Source: Lachnospiraceae bacterium (GTDB lineage Bacteria; Bacillota; Clostridia; Lachnospirales; Lachnospiraceae). From it: DNA of 64,000 nt. Position 1 is the stretch's first letter. Every line of letters starts with the position of its first letter. The notes under the pieces were generated by a model. The model saw only the letters and a program-made list of their open reading frames with translations, was not told the origin of the DNA and did not search any database. A program made the position numbers and the translations under genes. Of the stretch, positions 27,790 through 37,900 are shown in pieces. The stretch lies in the NCBI GenBank assembly GCA_017465095.1, contig JAFTWX010000045.1:20891-84890 (forward strand). Direction: 5' to 3'.

Positions 27790-28059
27790 CTAAATCCAGC
27801 CGATGGCAAAAAGCAGGCAAATTCCCGGTATACCCAAAAATGCACCCGTCAGAACAGTCCACACATTGACTCCTACAAACAGCGGAATCGAAAAATATAC
27901 AAACACGCGGTTTAACAGTACAATGGCTACAAATCCGATCACACCCCGTTTTACCAACTGCAAAATCCGATTACTCTTTCTTTGAAATCCGGCCAAACAT
28001 AAAACAACCAGACATACGATAATAATGGAAATAAATCCCTGTGGATAGAATGACTGCAC
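27790..28059 (-). CDS. bofA: BofA-family small membrane protein (pro-sigma-K processing inhibitor-like)
   Basis: 89 aa with two or three TM helices. The C-terminal motif VLTGAFLGIPGICLLF resembles the conserved GxLGxPG region of BofA. Confidence 0.55.
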   Translation of the reverse strand: MQSFYPQGFISIIIVCLVVLCLAGFQRKSNRILQLVKRGVIGFVAIVLLNRVFVYFSIPLFVGVNVWTVLTGAFLGIPGICLLFAIGWI

Positions 28060-28109
28060 GACGCACCTCCTACCACATTGTATGTCCGGTTGCTGAAAAT
28101 ATTCTTTTA

Positions 28110-28604
28110 TTATACGTAAAATCCTCTGCCGGCGCTTCCGTCCTCCAAGCTTACATTGAGATCGTTCTTTCCGTAAGTCAGCCCTGCATAGACCGTCTGC
28201 GCGCGACCCATAACAGGTGCAGAAGTGTCATTTACCGCATCTTCTTTGTATGTCTTGTAAAGCTTTTGCATCATTCTTACCGCATCCGCTAACGGCTCTT
28301 TTTTCTTACTTCCCGATGCTGAGCCGATCCGTGCACTGACAAAAAAGTATACTTTTAAAATCGTCCGGGCCAGTTCTTCAACCTGTGCATCATCAGATCC
28401 TGTATGAAGTGATGCTATCAACTCATTCAGACAATCATGGGCTTTCTGCAATTCTTTGCAAAATCCGACATAATCGGCCCCTGCATATGCATTGTCCGCC
28501 TCTTCTATGTAGTAAAAGAACAATTCATATAAAATCACGATCAGCTGGCTCTGGTTTGCCTGGGAAATCCGGAGGGTAAACTCCTGTTTTTTCTCATCTG
28601 TCAT
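28110..28604 (-). CDS. fliS: FliS-like flagellin export chaperone with a C-terminal extension
   Basis: GAGGTG RBS, 13 nt after the flagellin stop. QANQSQLIVILYELFFYYIEEA fits the FliS helix-1 pattern (SPxQLIxMLYDGAI). At 164 aa it is longer than the typical 120-130 aa. Confidence 0.55.
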   Translation of the reverse strand: MTDEKKQEFTLRISQANQSQLIVILYELFFYYIEEADNAYAGADYVGFCKELQKAHDCLNELIASLHTGSDDAQVEELARTILKVYFFVSARIGSASGSKKKEPLADAVRMMQKLYKTYKEDAVNDTSAPVMGRAQTVYAGLTYGKNDLNVSLEDGSAGRGFYV

Positions 28605-28617
28605 TTCGACACCTCAT

Positions 28618-29745
28618 TTACTGTAACAACTGTAACATTTCGGAAGGTCTCTGGTTCGCCTGAGTCAAAATGCTGATTCCTGCCTGATTGAGCACCTGCT
28701 GGTTGCTGTATTCTGTCATCTCTTCCGCCATATCGGTATCCATCAGGCGGGAGAATGCAGAAGTCACATTTTCGGTCGTAATATCAATGCTGCTTTCCGT
28801 ATGTTCCAGACGGTTCTCGTAAGCTCCGATCCGTGCACGAACGGATGAAATAAACGAATTTGCCTGTTTGGTCAGCTCGATTGCTTCCTGTGCGCCTTCT
28901 TCGGTGGAAATATCCACATTCTCAACACCTAATGTGCGGAGAGAAACTTCCGGAATACGGATATCGAGCACCTGTCCTTCGTTGGCACCGATCTGCACGG
29001 TCATAGCTCCCATTCCCGTCAAATCAAGTGTCACATCGTTGATGCCTTCTGCCTCAAATGCATCCGATACGTAGAAATTCACTTCAAATTCACCGGGCGC
29101 TGTAATCGTTACTTTATCACCGTAATAAGAAATAGAAGCATCTGCCGGGAAAGCAGTTTCACTTCCGTCCATAAGAAGTGTCACATCTCCTTCCTGCAAA
29201 TCAATATTTCCTTCTTCATCTCTGTTTAACGGAGTAGAAACCGTCAAAGAATATTCTGCCACCGGAACCTCATCGGAATAATAGCCGACAGAAATACCGT
29301 TCACATCCGAATAGCCTTTCAGATCACAGTCTCCGTTTAACAGCTTCTTGCCGTTAAACTCTGTATCTGTCATCATTCGGTTCAGCTCTTCTTTTAATTC
29401 TTTGATTTCCGCCTGGATGGCAGCTCTGTCATCGTCAGTTTTTGGTCCGTTGGCCGCCTGGACAGCAAGCTCATTCATACGCTGTACCATAGCCTGCATT
29501 TCTGTCAGCGCACCCTCTGCTGTACTTACAACAGAAATTGCTGTGCTTGCGTTCTGGTTTGCATGCTCAAGACCTCTCAGCTGTGCGTTCATTCTCTTTG
29601 CAATGGCAATTCCCGACGGATTTTCCTTTGCATGATTCACTTTATATCCCGTGGATAATCTTTCGGAAGATACGTTATATCTCTTCTCATTTACGCTGAG
29701 TGCTGCGTTTGCAATAATTGCGGATACGTTATAATTAATCTTCAT
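28618..29745 (-). CDS. fliC: Flagellin
   Basis: The start was trimmed to the ATG preceded by AAAGGTG. The N-terminus is MKINYNVSAIIANAALSVNEKRYNVSSERLSTGYKVNHAKENPSGIAIAKRMNAQLRGLEHANQNA...AEGALTEMQAMVQRMNELAVQAANG. The C-terminus is ...RARIGAYENRLEHT...SRLMDTDMAEEMTEYSNQQVLNQAGISILTQANQRPSEMLQLLQ. Confidence 0.9.
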   Translation of the reverse strand: MKINYNVSAIIANAALSVNEKRYNVSSERLSTGYKVNHAKENPSGIAIAKRMNAQLRGLEHANQNASTAISVVSTAEGALTEMQAMVQRMNELAVQAANGPKTDDDRAAIQAEIKELKEELNRMMTDTEFNGKKLLNGDCDLKGYSDVNGISVGYYSDEVPVAEYSLTVSTPLNRDEEGNIDLQEGDVTLLMDGSETAFPADASISYYGDKVTITAPGEFEVNFYVSDAFEAEGINDVTLDLTGMGAMTVQIGANEGQVLDIRIPEVSLRTLGVENVDISTEEGAQEAIELTKQANSFISSVRARIGAYENRLEHTESSIDITTENVTSAFSRLMDTDMAEEMTEYSNQQVLNQAGISILTQANQRPSEMLQLLQ

Positions 29746-29770
29746 ATTCTGCACACCTTTCTTTGATTGC

Positions 29771-32700
29771 TTATCCCTCCAACATCGCAATAAATGCTTT
29801 TGCCGTGCGATAAAGCTCTTTTGCAGAAGTATGACGTCCCTGTGCTTCTTCTGTCTGCCTTTCTGTTTCGCCGAGATCTCTCACTCCGGTTTTCATCTGC
29901 TTCCCTGCCTGATGAGCACCTTCATAGATATTTCGTTTGATCTCTTCACTATATACAAAATTAATATCGGCTGTTTTCCCGGTTTCCGATAGGATTTTTT
30001 GAATAAAATCTTCTCTTTTTCCCATAAGCTGCGTTGCTTTCTCTCGGTTGCTGCAACCCATATATCCGCTGATAAAATCGCCCTGAATTTTTAATTCCGC
30101 CATAACCTTTTCGCCGTCTGCAAGCTCTGCAAGAATAGAAACACTTCCTTTTGCACCGCTTTCTCCTTCATGGCGGAAATGCACATTGACGCTGGTAAGC
30201 TGTCCGTCAATCACTGCAGGAAGTTCATAATGTTCCTCTTTTGCAAGATTACCCGCAAGGGAAAGCTGCTTGGAAAGAGAGGAAAGTGCTTTGATATCCA
30301 AATAACCCATCTCTCCCGACAGCATGGTATCCTCCAGCTGCTCACTTACTATCTGCTGCACCTGCTCATAAGCTTCCTGCGCTTCGGACGCCTCTGTAAA
30401 CCGCTCTGTCATTTGGCTGAGTGCCTGCATAATATCCGCATCCGCCTGATTCTGTTTCTCGGTGAATTCTTTTATTTTGCGGAACATTTCACCACGGCGT
30501 CCCATAAGCTTTTCTCCGCCGTGCAGATTGTCCGGTGTAACCGGCTGTCTGTTTGCAATGAGCATTTCCACAACCTGATCTTCCTGCGCAATATCCTGAC
30601 GAAGCAGCACAAGCTGTTCCTCAAGAAATGCCTTTTGAAGCTGCTGCGGTTCCTCCTGCATCCGGGACATCTCCATAAGCTCTTCCCATGTCGTATCCAT
30701 GGTCACATTATGACGGGACATAACGTCCGGACTCATTATATCAAGGAGCTCTGATGCCTTTACTTCATAATACCGGTTAATCTGGTCTGAAATGCGCGTT
30801 CCTTTTTGCTCTACCCCTTCAAGCAGTCCGAAATCGTCATCGATTACCTGATCAACACCTCGCTTCTGTCCGGTCCGGACAGCGGAAAGCAGATTTGCAA
30901 ACGTCATTTCCTGTCCGTTTGCAACGATGGTTCCGATCGCTTTTCCATCCCCCTTTTCAATTTGACGAATCAGACGGTAAATACCCATATAGGTATCTCT
31001 TTCCTCCGGAGAAATCTGATCGCTGTGTTCCATCTCATAAAGAAAACGGCTGAATGTTTCCGCCTGCTCTGTCAGGTCATTCTCCTGCTCTGCAAAATAG
31101 TCCGTCAAATGATTTACAGTTTCCTTCAGCGGATTGATTCCGTCACGAATCATCTGCAGAGTAGCCGACGGCGTCATCTTATCCAGCAGGAATTTCAAAT
31201 CTGCGTCTGCTGCTCTTACTCGGACAATATTCTCCTTTGTCAGTTCCATCCGGTTATAAGCAAGAATCCGCACGGATCTTCGGTTATCTTCTGTCAGTTC
31301 AAAATCCAAATCCTGCAAAATATCATCAATATTGGAAAAAGCATCTTTCAGACGGTCTCCCAAATCTGCTCTCGGAGCCGTCATAAGAGCCTCATAGCTC
31401 TCGCCCGCTTTCTTGTATGCAGACTCCAAAACACGGCCTTCATCGTAAACTCTTTGCAAGGTAAGATGCTCCGCCGCACCCATAACTCTCGGAATAACTG
31501 CAGCCGGCATCTGACGAATCGCCGCCGTCTTTGCCATGGTATCGGTAAACAGGTTATTCTCTTCTGCTTTCGGAAGGGACAGTTCCTGTGTCTGCGCCAT
31601 TTTCTGCTCTGCTGCCTTAAGCGCCTCCACCAATTCCGTAAGCGGCGCCGTATCGATGGCATAATCACTCCTAAGCAGCATAATATTGGCGGAAACCGTC
31701 ATCTGCAGACGCACTTCTTCCAATGTTCTCTGCGCATGTACAACGGAAATCTCCGCATCAAAAGACACGTCCATCCTCGCTGCTTCAATGGATCTCTGCG
31801 CACCCGACAAATTGCGGATATTTAAAACCTCTCCCTCTGATACAACATGAGCTACCGCCTCCGGCAAGATACCGTCTACCATATCTTTTATTGCCTGGGC
31901 CTGTTTATAAATTCCGTCACGGGAAAGATCCGCATCCTGTGCCTGTTTTCCTTCGCGAAGAGCCTGCGCAATATGGGAAAGCGCATCTTCTCTCGTCATC
32001 GGAAACTTCATTTCTTCCATGCGGTGAAGCTTCTCCAAATTTTTACCGGTCAAAAGCATACCCTTATCGAGCAGCCACTTTGCCTGCTCTTTGGTATTCT
32101 CATCCACAGGTAAGCCTGCTTCTTTTATAATCTTTTCAATCTGCGCATCAAGCCCGTCATAATCGGTAACCTGCGCCTGTTTGCCAAAATAACCGTTCAT
32201 ATCATCGGAAAAATAATGTCCCGTTTTTCCGCTGTTTTTTCCGGTCTGGGTGCTGAATTTCGCCTTGTAAATATCGCTGACTGAAAGCTCCGAATCATTT
32301 TCTATCAAATACTGTTTGACGGAATCGGAAAGCTCTGTAATTTCCGTGGCAAGCGCGGTTTGCTTCATTGCTTCCGCCACATTTTCTTCCGTAAGCGGAA
32401 CATCGTTTTCTTTAAATGTATTAGCCAGAGACTGTGCATACGCCGGATTTCCCGCCATTGCCTCCAGCTTTTCCATCGGAATATCTCCGCCGGCGTTAAA
32501 CCCGGAAACAACGACACCGGATTTCGCCATAACTGTCTTAATGTGATCCATGATGGTAACAGCATCGCCGACCTGCGTTTTTCCCGGTTTTACCCCTTCC
32601 TTTATCATGGAAGAAAAATCTTCTCCGGACATCGCACTAGACATAACCGCCATATAGTTTTTATAATCTTCCCCGGAAAAAAGTCCTGCCTGATCCTTTA

Positions 32701-32878
32701 CATCCTGCGCACTTTTCGCCTGTTTTCCATAAGCCTGCTGCTCCTGCGCTTTTCCGAATAAAACACCGGATACACTTTTTGTACCTTGACTTTTCCCTGT
32801 ACTGTATACCGCCGTTTCGGTACCCTTTACCGGGTTATTTATTTTATTATCCTGCAAATGATCAAATGTAATCTTCAT
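29771..32878 (-). CDS. 1035-aa acidic, predicted largely helical protein of unknown family, immediately upstream of flagellin
   Basis: One uninterrupted ORF with an AAGGTGA RBS and a 25-nt gap to fliC. There is no TM segment or signal peptide. The C-terminal roughly 90 aa (LPAVIDGQLTSVNVHFRHEG...ELKIQGDFISGYMGCSNREKATQLMGKREDFIQKI) loosely recalls FliK C-terminal domains. Confidence 0.6.
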   Translation of the reverse strand: MKITFDHLQDNKINNPVKGTETAVYSTGKSQGTKSVSGVLFGKAQEQQAYGKQAKSAQDVKDQAGLFSGEDYKNYMAVMSSAMSGEDFSSMIKEGVKPGKTQVGDAVTIMDHIKTVMAKSGVVVSGFNAGGDIPMEKLEAMAGNPAYAQSLANTFKENDVPLTEENVAEAMKQTALATEITELSDSVKQYLIENDSELSVSDIYKAKFSTQTGKNSGKTGHYFSDDMNGYFGKQAQVTDYDGLDAQIEKIIKEAGLPVDENTKEQAKWLLDKGMLLTGKNLEKLHRMEEMKFPMTREDALSHIAQALREGKQAQDADLSRDGIYKQAQAIKDMVDGILPEAVAHVVSEGEVLNIRNLSGAQRSIEAARMDVSFDAEISVVHAQRTLEEVRLQMTVSANIMLLRSDYAIDTAPLTELVEALKAAEQKMAQTQELSLPKAEENNLFTDTMAKTAAIRQMPAAVIPRVMGAAEHLTLQRVYDEGRVLESAYKKAGESYEALMTAPRADLGDRLKDAFSNIDDILQDLDFELTEDNRRSVRILAYNRMELTKENIVRVRAADADLKFLLDKMTPSATLQMIRDGINPLKETVNHLTDYFAEQENDLTEQAETFSRFLYEMEHSDQISPEERDTYMGIYRLIRQIEKGDGKAIGTIVANGQEMTFANLLSAVRTGQKRGVDQVIDDDFGLLEGVEQKGTRISDQINRYYEVKASELLDIMSPDVMSRHNVTMDTTWEELMEMSRMQEEPQQLQKAFLEEQLVLLRQDIAQEDQVVEMLIANRQPVTPDNLHGGEKLMGRRGEMFRKIKEFTEKQNQADADIMQALSQMTERFTEASEAQEAYEQVQQIVSEQLEDTMLSGEMGYLDIKALSSLSKQLSLAGNLAKEEHYELPAVIDGQLTSVNVHFRHEGESGAKGSVSILAELADGEKVMAELKIQGDFISGYMGCSNREKATQLMGKREDFIQKILSETGKTADINFVYSEEIKRNIYEGAHQAGKQMKTGVRDLGETERQTEEAQGRHTSAKELYRTAKAFIAMLEG

Positions 32879-32907
32879 ACGTCACCTTCTGTATACTTTC
32901 TTGCAAT

Positions 32908-32938
32908 AGAAAAAGGCGAATGCAAATGCATTCACCTT
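32908..32938 (-). terminator. Rho-independent terminator of glgB
   Basis: The minus-strand RNA aaggugaaugca-uuu-gcauucgccuu forms a 12-bp stem with one G-U pair, followed by uuuuu. Confidence 0.7.
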
Positions 32939-32940
32939 TT

Positions 32941-32967
32941 ATTTCGGTTAATTTCGCCGGTTTCTTA
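32941..32967 (-). promoter_or_regulatory. Sigma-28 (SigD/FliA)-like promoter candidate for the 1035-aa gene / flagellin module
   Basis: The minus strand reads TAAG, 15 nt, then ACCGAAAT, against the B. subtilis SigD consensus TAAA-N15-GCCGATAT. The predicted start falls inside the glgB terminator stem. Confidence 0.4.
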
Positions 32968-32989
32968 AGCGTTTTCCCGCAATCATCCG

Positions 32990-34918
32990 CTAGAACAGGA
33001 AAACTGCTGCCCCGTAAGCAGGGAGATCGAACGTGATAGAATAATCTCTGTTATCCCACGGTTCCGCTTTTGCAGAAATCTCCTTTGGAATCACGGTTCC
33101 GTTTCCGCCGTAGCACTCCTCGTCACTGTTCAAAAGAAGTTTGTATTTTTTCTTCTTCGGAACTCCGACTTTGTATCCTTCCCTCTTCATCGGGGTCATA
33201 TTGAGCACAACCAGAATGTTGTTTCTTCCGCTTTCGGATTTTCTCATATATGTATAGACACTATCTTCCGCATTGTCCGCATTAATCCACTCAAATCCGT
33301 TCCAGTTGTTGTCGTTTTCATATAAACAAGGATATTTATTGTAGATTTCCAGAAGCTTGCTCATGTAATACTTCAGGGAGCTGTGCTCCTTATCCTCCAG
33401 ATAATGCCATTCCAGCTCTCTGGCTTCTGACCACTCCTGGTCCTGTCCGAATTCCTGCCCCATGAACAGAAGCTTTTTACCACAGTGAGTAAACATGTAC
33501 GTATATCCTACGCGCAGGTTTGCAAACTTATCCACATAGAAGCCCGGCATTTTGTTCAGCATAGAACATTTCAAATGTACAACCTCATCGTGAGACAACG
33601 GAAGAATATAGTTTTCACTCTCATTGTAGCTCATGGCGAAGGTTAACGCATAATGGTTGTTCTTACGGAACAGCGGATCCAGCTTCATATACTCACAGAA
33701 ATCATGCATCCATCCCATATTCCATTTGAAGGAGAATCCAAGTCCGCCTTCCATCGGATCGCCGGTTACAAGCGGCCACGCCGTGGACTCTTCCGCAATC
33801 ATGAGAGTTCCCGGATTTCTCTTTTTCATCATAGAATTCAAATGACGGAAAAACTCAATTGCTTCCAGGTTTTTGTTGTTGCCGTATTCATTCGGAAGCC
33901 ACTGTCCGTCTCTTCTGCCGTAATCCAGATAAAGCATGGAAGCTACCGCGTCCACACGAAGTCCGTCGATATGGAACTTTTCCACCCAGAACATAGCATT
34001 TGCAATCAGGAAGTTTCTGACTTCGTTTTTACCGTAATTAAAAATCTTGGTTCCCCAATCCGGATGTTCTCCTCTCCGGCTGTCCGGATGCTCATACAGA
34101 CAGCTTCCGTCAAACGTTGCAAGCCCAAACTCGTCTCTTGGGAAATGGGCCGGAACCCAGTCAAGAATCACTCCGATATGGTTTTTGTGAAGCTTGTTCA
34201 CCAGATACATAAAATCACCCGGTGTTCCGTAGCGGGATGTCGGCGCATAGTAACCGGTTACCTGATATCCCCAGGATCCGTCAAACGGGTGCTCCGCAAT
34301 ACCCATAAGCTCCACGTGTGTATATTTCATTTCTTTGCAATATTCGACAAAACGGTCTGCAAATTCCCGGTAATTGTAAAAACCGGTTTCTTTTTCGTCG
34401 TCTCCGGATACCGGATGCTTCATCCAGGAACCGATATGACACTCATAAATCGCCATCGGTTTTTTATTGTAATCCGCTGTCTCTTTTTCTTTCTGCCAGG
34501 TGCTGTCTGTCCATGTAAAATCGTTAAGATCAGCTACCACAGACGCATTGTCCGGACGAAGCTGCGCATGATTTGCATACGGGTCTGCCTTATAAAGCTT
34601 TCTGCCGTCCGGTGTGGTGATAACAAATTTATACATATCACCAACCTCTGCACCCGGAACAAACAATGCAAAAATACCGCCGTCCCCGAGACGCTCCATA
34701 TTATCTTTAAAAATATCCCATCCGTTAAAAGAACCGATCACATTTACATACTGTGCGTTCGGTGCCCACACAGCAAAATAAACACCGTCTTCTCCGTTTA
34801 CTTTTGTCTTATGTGCACCGAGCTTTTCATAAATTTCATAATGATTTCCCTGTGCAAATAAATATTCATCGTCCTTCGTTATAAAGAGCGGATTTATCTG
34901 TTTTTTATTTTCTGCCAT
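32990..34918 (-). CDS. glgB: 1,4-alpha-glucan branching enzyme
   Basis: 642 aa. GH13 motifs are present: ILDWVPAHF, GLRVDAVASMLY, MIAEESTAWP, PLSHDEVVH. Confidence 0.95.
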   Translation of the reverse strand: MAENKKQINPLFITKDDEYLFAQGNHYEIYEKLGAHKTKVNGEDGVYFAVWAPNAQYVNVIGSFNGWDIFKDNMERLGDGGIFALFVPGAEVGDMYKFVITTPDGRKLYKADPYANHAQLRPDNASVVADLNDFTWTDSTWQKEKETADYNKKPMAIYECHIGSWMKHPVSGDDEKETGFYNYREFADRFVEYCKEMKYTHVELMGIAEHPFDGSWGYQVTGYYAPTSRYGTPGDFMYLVNKLHKNHIGVILDWVPAHFPRDEFGLATFDGSCLYEHPDSRRGEHPDWGTKIFNYGKNEVRNFLIANAMFWVEKFHIDGLRVDAVASMLYLDYGRRDGQWLPNEYGNNKNLEAIEFFRHLNSMMKKRNPGTLMIAEESTAWPLVTGDPMEGGLGFSFKWNMGWMHDFCEYMKLDPLFRKNNHYALTFAMSYNESENYILPLSHDEVVHLKCSMLNKMPGFYVDKFANLRVGYTYMFTHCGKKLLFMGQEFGQDQEWSEARELEWHYLEDKEHSSLKYYMSKLLEIYNKYPCLYENDNNWNGFEWINADNAEDSVYTYMRKSESGRNNILVVLNMTPMKREGYKVGVPKKKKYKLLLNSDEECYGGNGTVIPKEISAKAEPWDNRDYSITFDLPAYGAAVFLF

Positions 34919-34930
34919 ACCATACCTCTC

Positions 34931-37900
34931 TTAGTCATTCATAAAATCTTTTTCTCTGAGTACAATCATGTCTTCTTTGTCATAGCGTTTCGCAAAGATA
35001 ACATCCATGAAATGAGAAAGATTCTTTTTCTCTGATTTTTCAATTGCCTGCAAAACAATTTCTTTCACTTCGTCTACCGTCACTGCATGCTCGTTGGTCT
35101 GTCTCTCCTCAATCCGGTTATAAAGAGCCAAAACACCCATGTCATCGATGGAATATTCTTTTTCTTTTGCAAAATTCTTTCCGAATTCTACCAGTCCGTC
35201 ATTATCCAAAGCATTGATATCCATGTGAAGATTGAAATATTCATTTGCTTTCGCGTAAGTGCGGGATAACCGTTCTATACCGGATTTTGTGTCGATAAGA
35301 ATATAAACAATACCGCCGTTTGCAATTTCATTTCCTGCCTTAATCAGCTTGTTACACAAATCTCCCGACATGTCTCCGGCATTTTCGATAATGAGCGCAC
35401 CGTTCGCCAGCTGCGAAACAATGGCGAAAATATCCTTTCCGTTGAATTCTTCACATGTTGAAATCTGAGTCTTTCCGGAAAATGCAGGATTAACTTTTGA
35501 CAGATGCAAAACAATATTTTTTGCAATCTTCCGCTTATCAATTCCGTTTTCTCCGGTGATAACCACATTCCCTGTATACGGAAGTAAAGAAATAGAATCC
35601 AAAACTTCCGTTACCTTTTCCTGTAACGGTTTGTTCGGCGCAATACATCCGAACAATGTTTTTTCATCCAAAGTCAATGTTCTCGGTCCGGCCGGCTGTT
35701 TTATTTCCGGTTGTTTTTCTTCCTGTTTTGGTTCTTCCTTCACGGAAGCCATCTCGGATTCCAGCACTGCTGCCTGAATATTAGCCGTATCATAATGCTG
35801 CTGTGACAACGCACCCATAAGTTTGTCTTCCAGACCGTTTATTTCTTCGGTACTGAAACTGCTCGGTCGGTCTTCCACATCCTCGGAAGGCGCTTCTGCT
35901 TTGCTCTTTTCCGCTGCTTCCTGCGCCGCTTTCATAGCCGCCATCATGGCAATATCATTTACCGGAACTTCCGGTATGACTTCAACCGTTTCCGGAACTT
36001 CCGGGATTTCTTCTGCTACCGAAATCTCAGGAATTTCTTCTACAATTTCTTCCTCTATCGGTGTTTCAGGAATTTCTTCTGCGACTGCTTCTTCTGCCGG
36101 ATTCTCTGCAACTTCCTCTTCCATAAGAGCTGTTTCCACTTCTGTTGCCAAATCCTCTGTATCGGAAAATACATCAAGCGTAGGATTTATCATATCCAAA
36201 TCTGACTGCACACTGGCTCTTGCTGCTGCATCAAAATCAGACAAAAGCGGACCTGTTTGCTCCATGACTCTTTGTTTCATTTCCTGAAGGTGTTTTTCCT
36301 CGTTGGCTTTTTTGGTTTCTTCCCATTCTGCCATAATATCAGAAAAACTGAGCTGTCCGGTAATCTGTTTTTCCACCATTTCCTGTGGCTCTTCTTCTAT
36401 TACCTCCGTAGCCGGTTGTACTTTCTCTTCCAAAGCCGGCTCCGGTTTCATTTCTTTTATTACTTCCGCTGTCGCATATGCAGCTTCCTGCGCTGCCTGC
36501 TTTGCCGCTTCCTGTGCTGCCTGTTTTGCCGCCTCTTTTGCTGCTTCCATGGCAACACTTTGAAGTGCCTGCAAAACTGCATCCGGTAACGGCTGATTCT
36601 GACCGAAAACTATCGGTTCCACTTCCGGGATCTCTTCTGCCACCGGAACTTCTTCCTCAATTTCGGTGATTTCCTCAGTCTCCGGAATTTCTTCTACTTC
36701 CGCAACCTCAGCAACTTCTTCGGTTTCCGGAATCTCTTCTGCTTCCTCTTCTACCTCGGCAACTTCTTCGACTTCCGGAATTTCTTCTACTTCTTCTACT
36801 TCGGCAATTTCCTCGGTCTCCGGAATCTCTTCTACTTCTTCTACCTCGGCAATTTCCTCGGTTTCCGGAATCTCTACTTCCTCTTCTACTTCGGCGATTT
36901 CTTCGATCTCCGGAATCTCTTCCTCTTCTACCTCAGCAATCTCCTCAATTTCCGGAACCTTTTTTGTATCCTCTAAATTGATTACTTCATTTACAACTTC
37001 ATCCTGCAATTGCAGATTTTCAATATTTTCTACATTTAATCCTTGCGATGTTGCTTCGAAAATAGATTCTATCGGAAGTGCTCTCGTTGCATCCAGCGCC
37101 TCCATATCTTCCTGTGCCAGCATTTCTGCCAGGTTTTTCGCAAGCTCCTCCTGAAGATTGATGGTGCTGTACTCATCACCCACATCTATCGTTTTTACCT
37201 GAATATCGAAATCATCTGCGGAATTTACAATTTTCATATCCGCATCTTCATCTTCGACCGGCTTCTCTTCCTGCGCATATGTAATATCTTCTGACAGTAC
37301 TTCCTCGGCAGGATAACTTTCTGCTTCGTAATTTTCCGGCTCATACATTTCCGGCTCATATGCTGCGGTCTCGTAAGCTTCCGGTTCGTACGTTTCATAA
37401 GAAACCGGTGCTTCTTCCTGTACAGAAGCTTCTTCCGCTACTTTTTTGCTTGGGATTTCTGCTGTCTTGGCACGGGTTGCATCCACTGACTTAATCTCAA
37501 TAGAAAGAGACGGCTCAACTTCCTCAGCAACAGCTTCTTCCTGTACCTGCTCTGCCTGTTCCATTACCGGAACCATAAAGCGTGCATTGTATACCTCCTG
37601 CTGCTCCGGAGACAGCGGAGCATGTAACATTTTCAGCTCCATCGCCTTAATCACATATTTTCCTTCCCCGAACCATAAAATAAGCTCGTCACATTCCTCC
37701 ACGCAACGGGTAGCAAGTCCGATACGGTGATATAAATATGCCAGCTCATATGCCCATTTCTCGCGATAGTCACGTTTTTTATACTCTTCGAGAACCGCGA
37801 TACGCTCCTCCAGACTGACATCCTGTGCTTCATACAGACGATACTGTAGGATAAAACGTCCGGTATCTCTCGGTGCTATCTTGATAAATTCTTTATAATA

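Noticed and set aside
29746-29900. I looked for a sigma-28 promoter directly upstream of the flagellin start.
   Set aside because: No TAAA-N15-CCGATAT-like match was found in the last 150 nt of the upstream gene. The only candidate lies upstream of the 1035-aa gene.
30806-31825. A 339-aa plus-strand ORF, and the 194-aa ORF at 30170..30754, lie inside the 1035-aa gene.
   Set aside because: Both are antisense shadow ORFs rich in Cys/Arg/Leu/Phe. The minus-strand frame is continuous for 3.1 kb with an RBS, which a spurious frame would not sustain.
33653-34861. A 402-aa plus-strand ORF lies entirely inside glgB.
   Set aside because: It is antisense to a gene with unmistakable GH13 motifs, has no RBS, and its composition is low-complexity and basic. 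This is a typical shadow ORF.
36666-37154. A Ser-rich 162-aa plus-strand ORF (SGISSTS repeats) resembles a serine-repeat surface protein.
   Set aside because: It is the reverse complement of the Glu-rich repeat tract (GAA/GAG read as TTC/CTC give Ser/Phe/Leu frames), and it has no start context.
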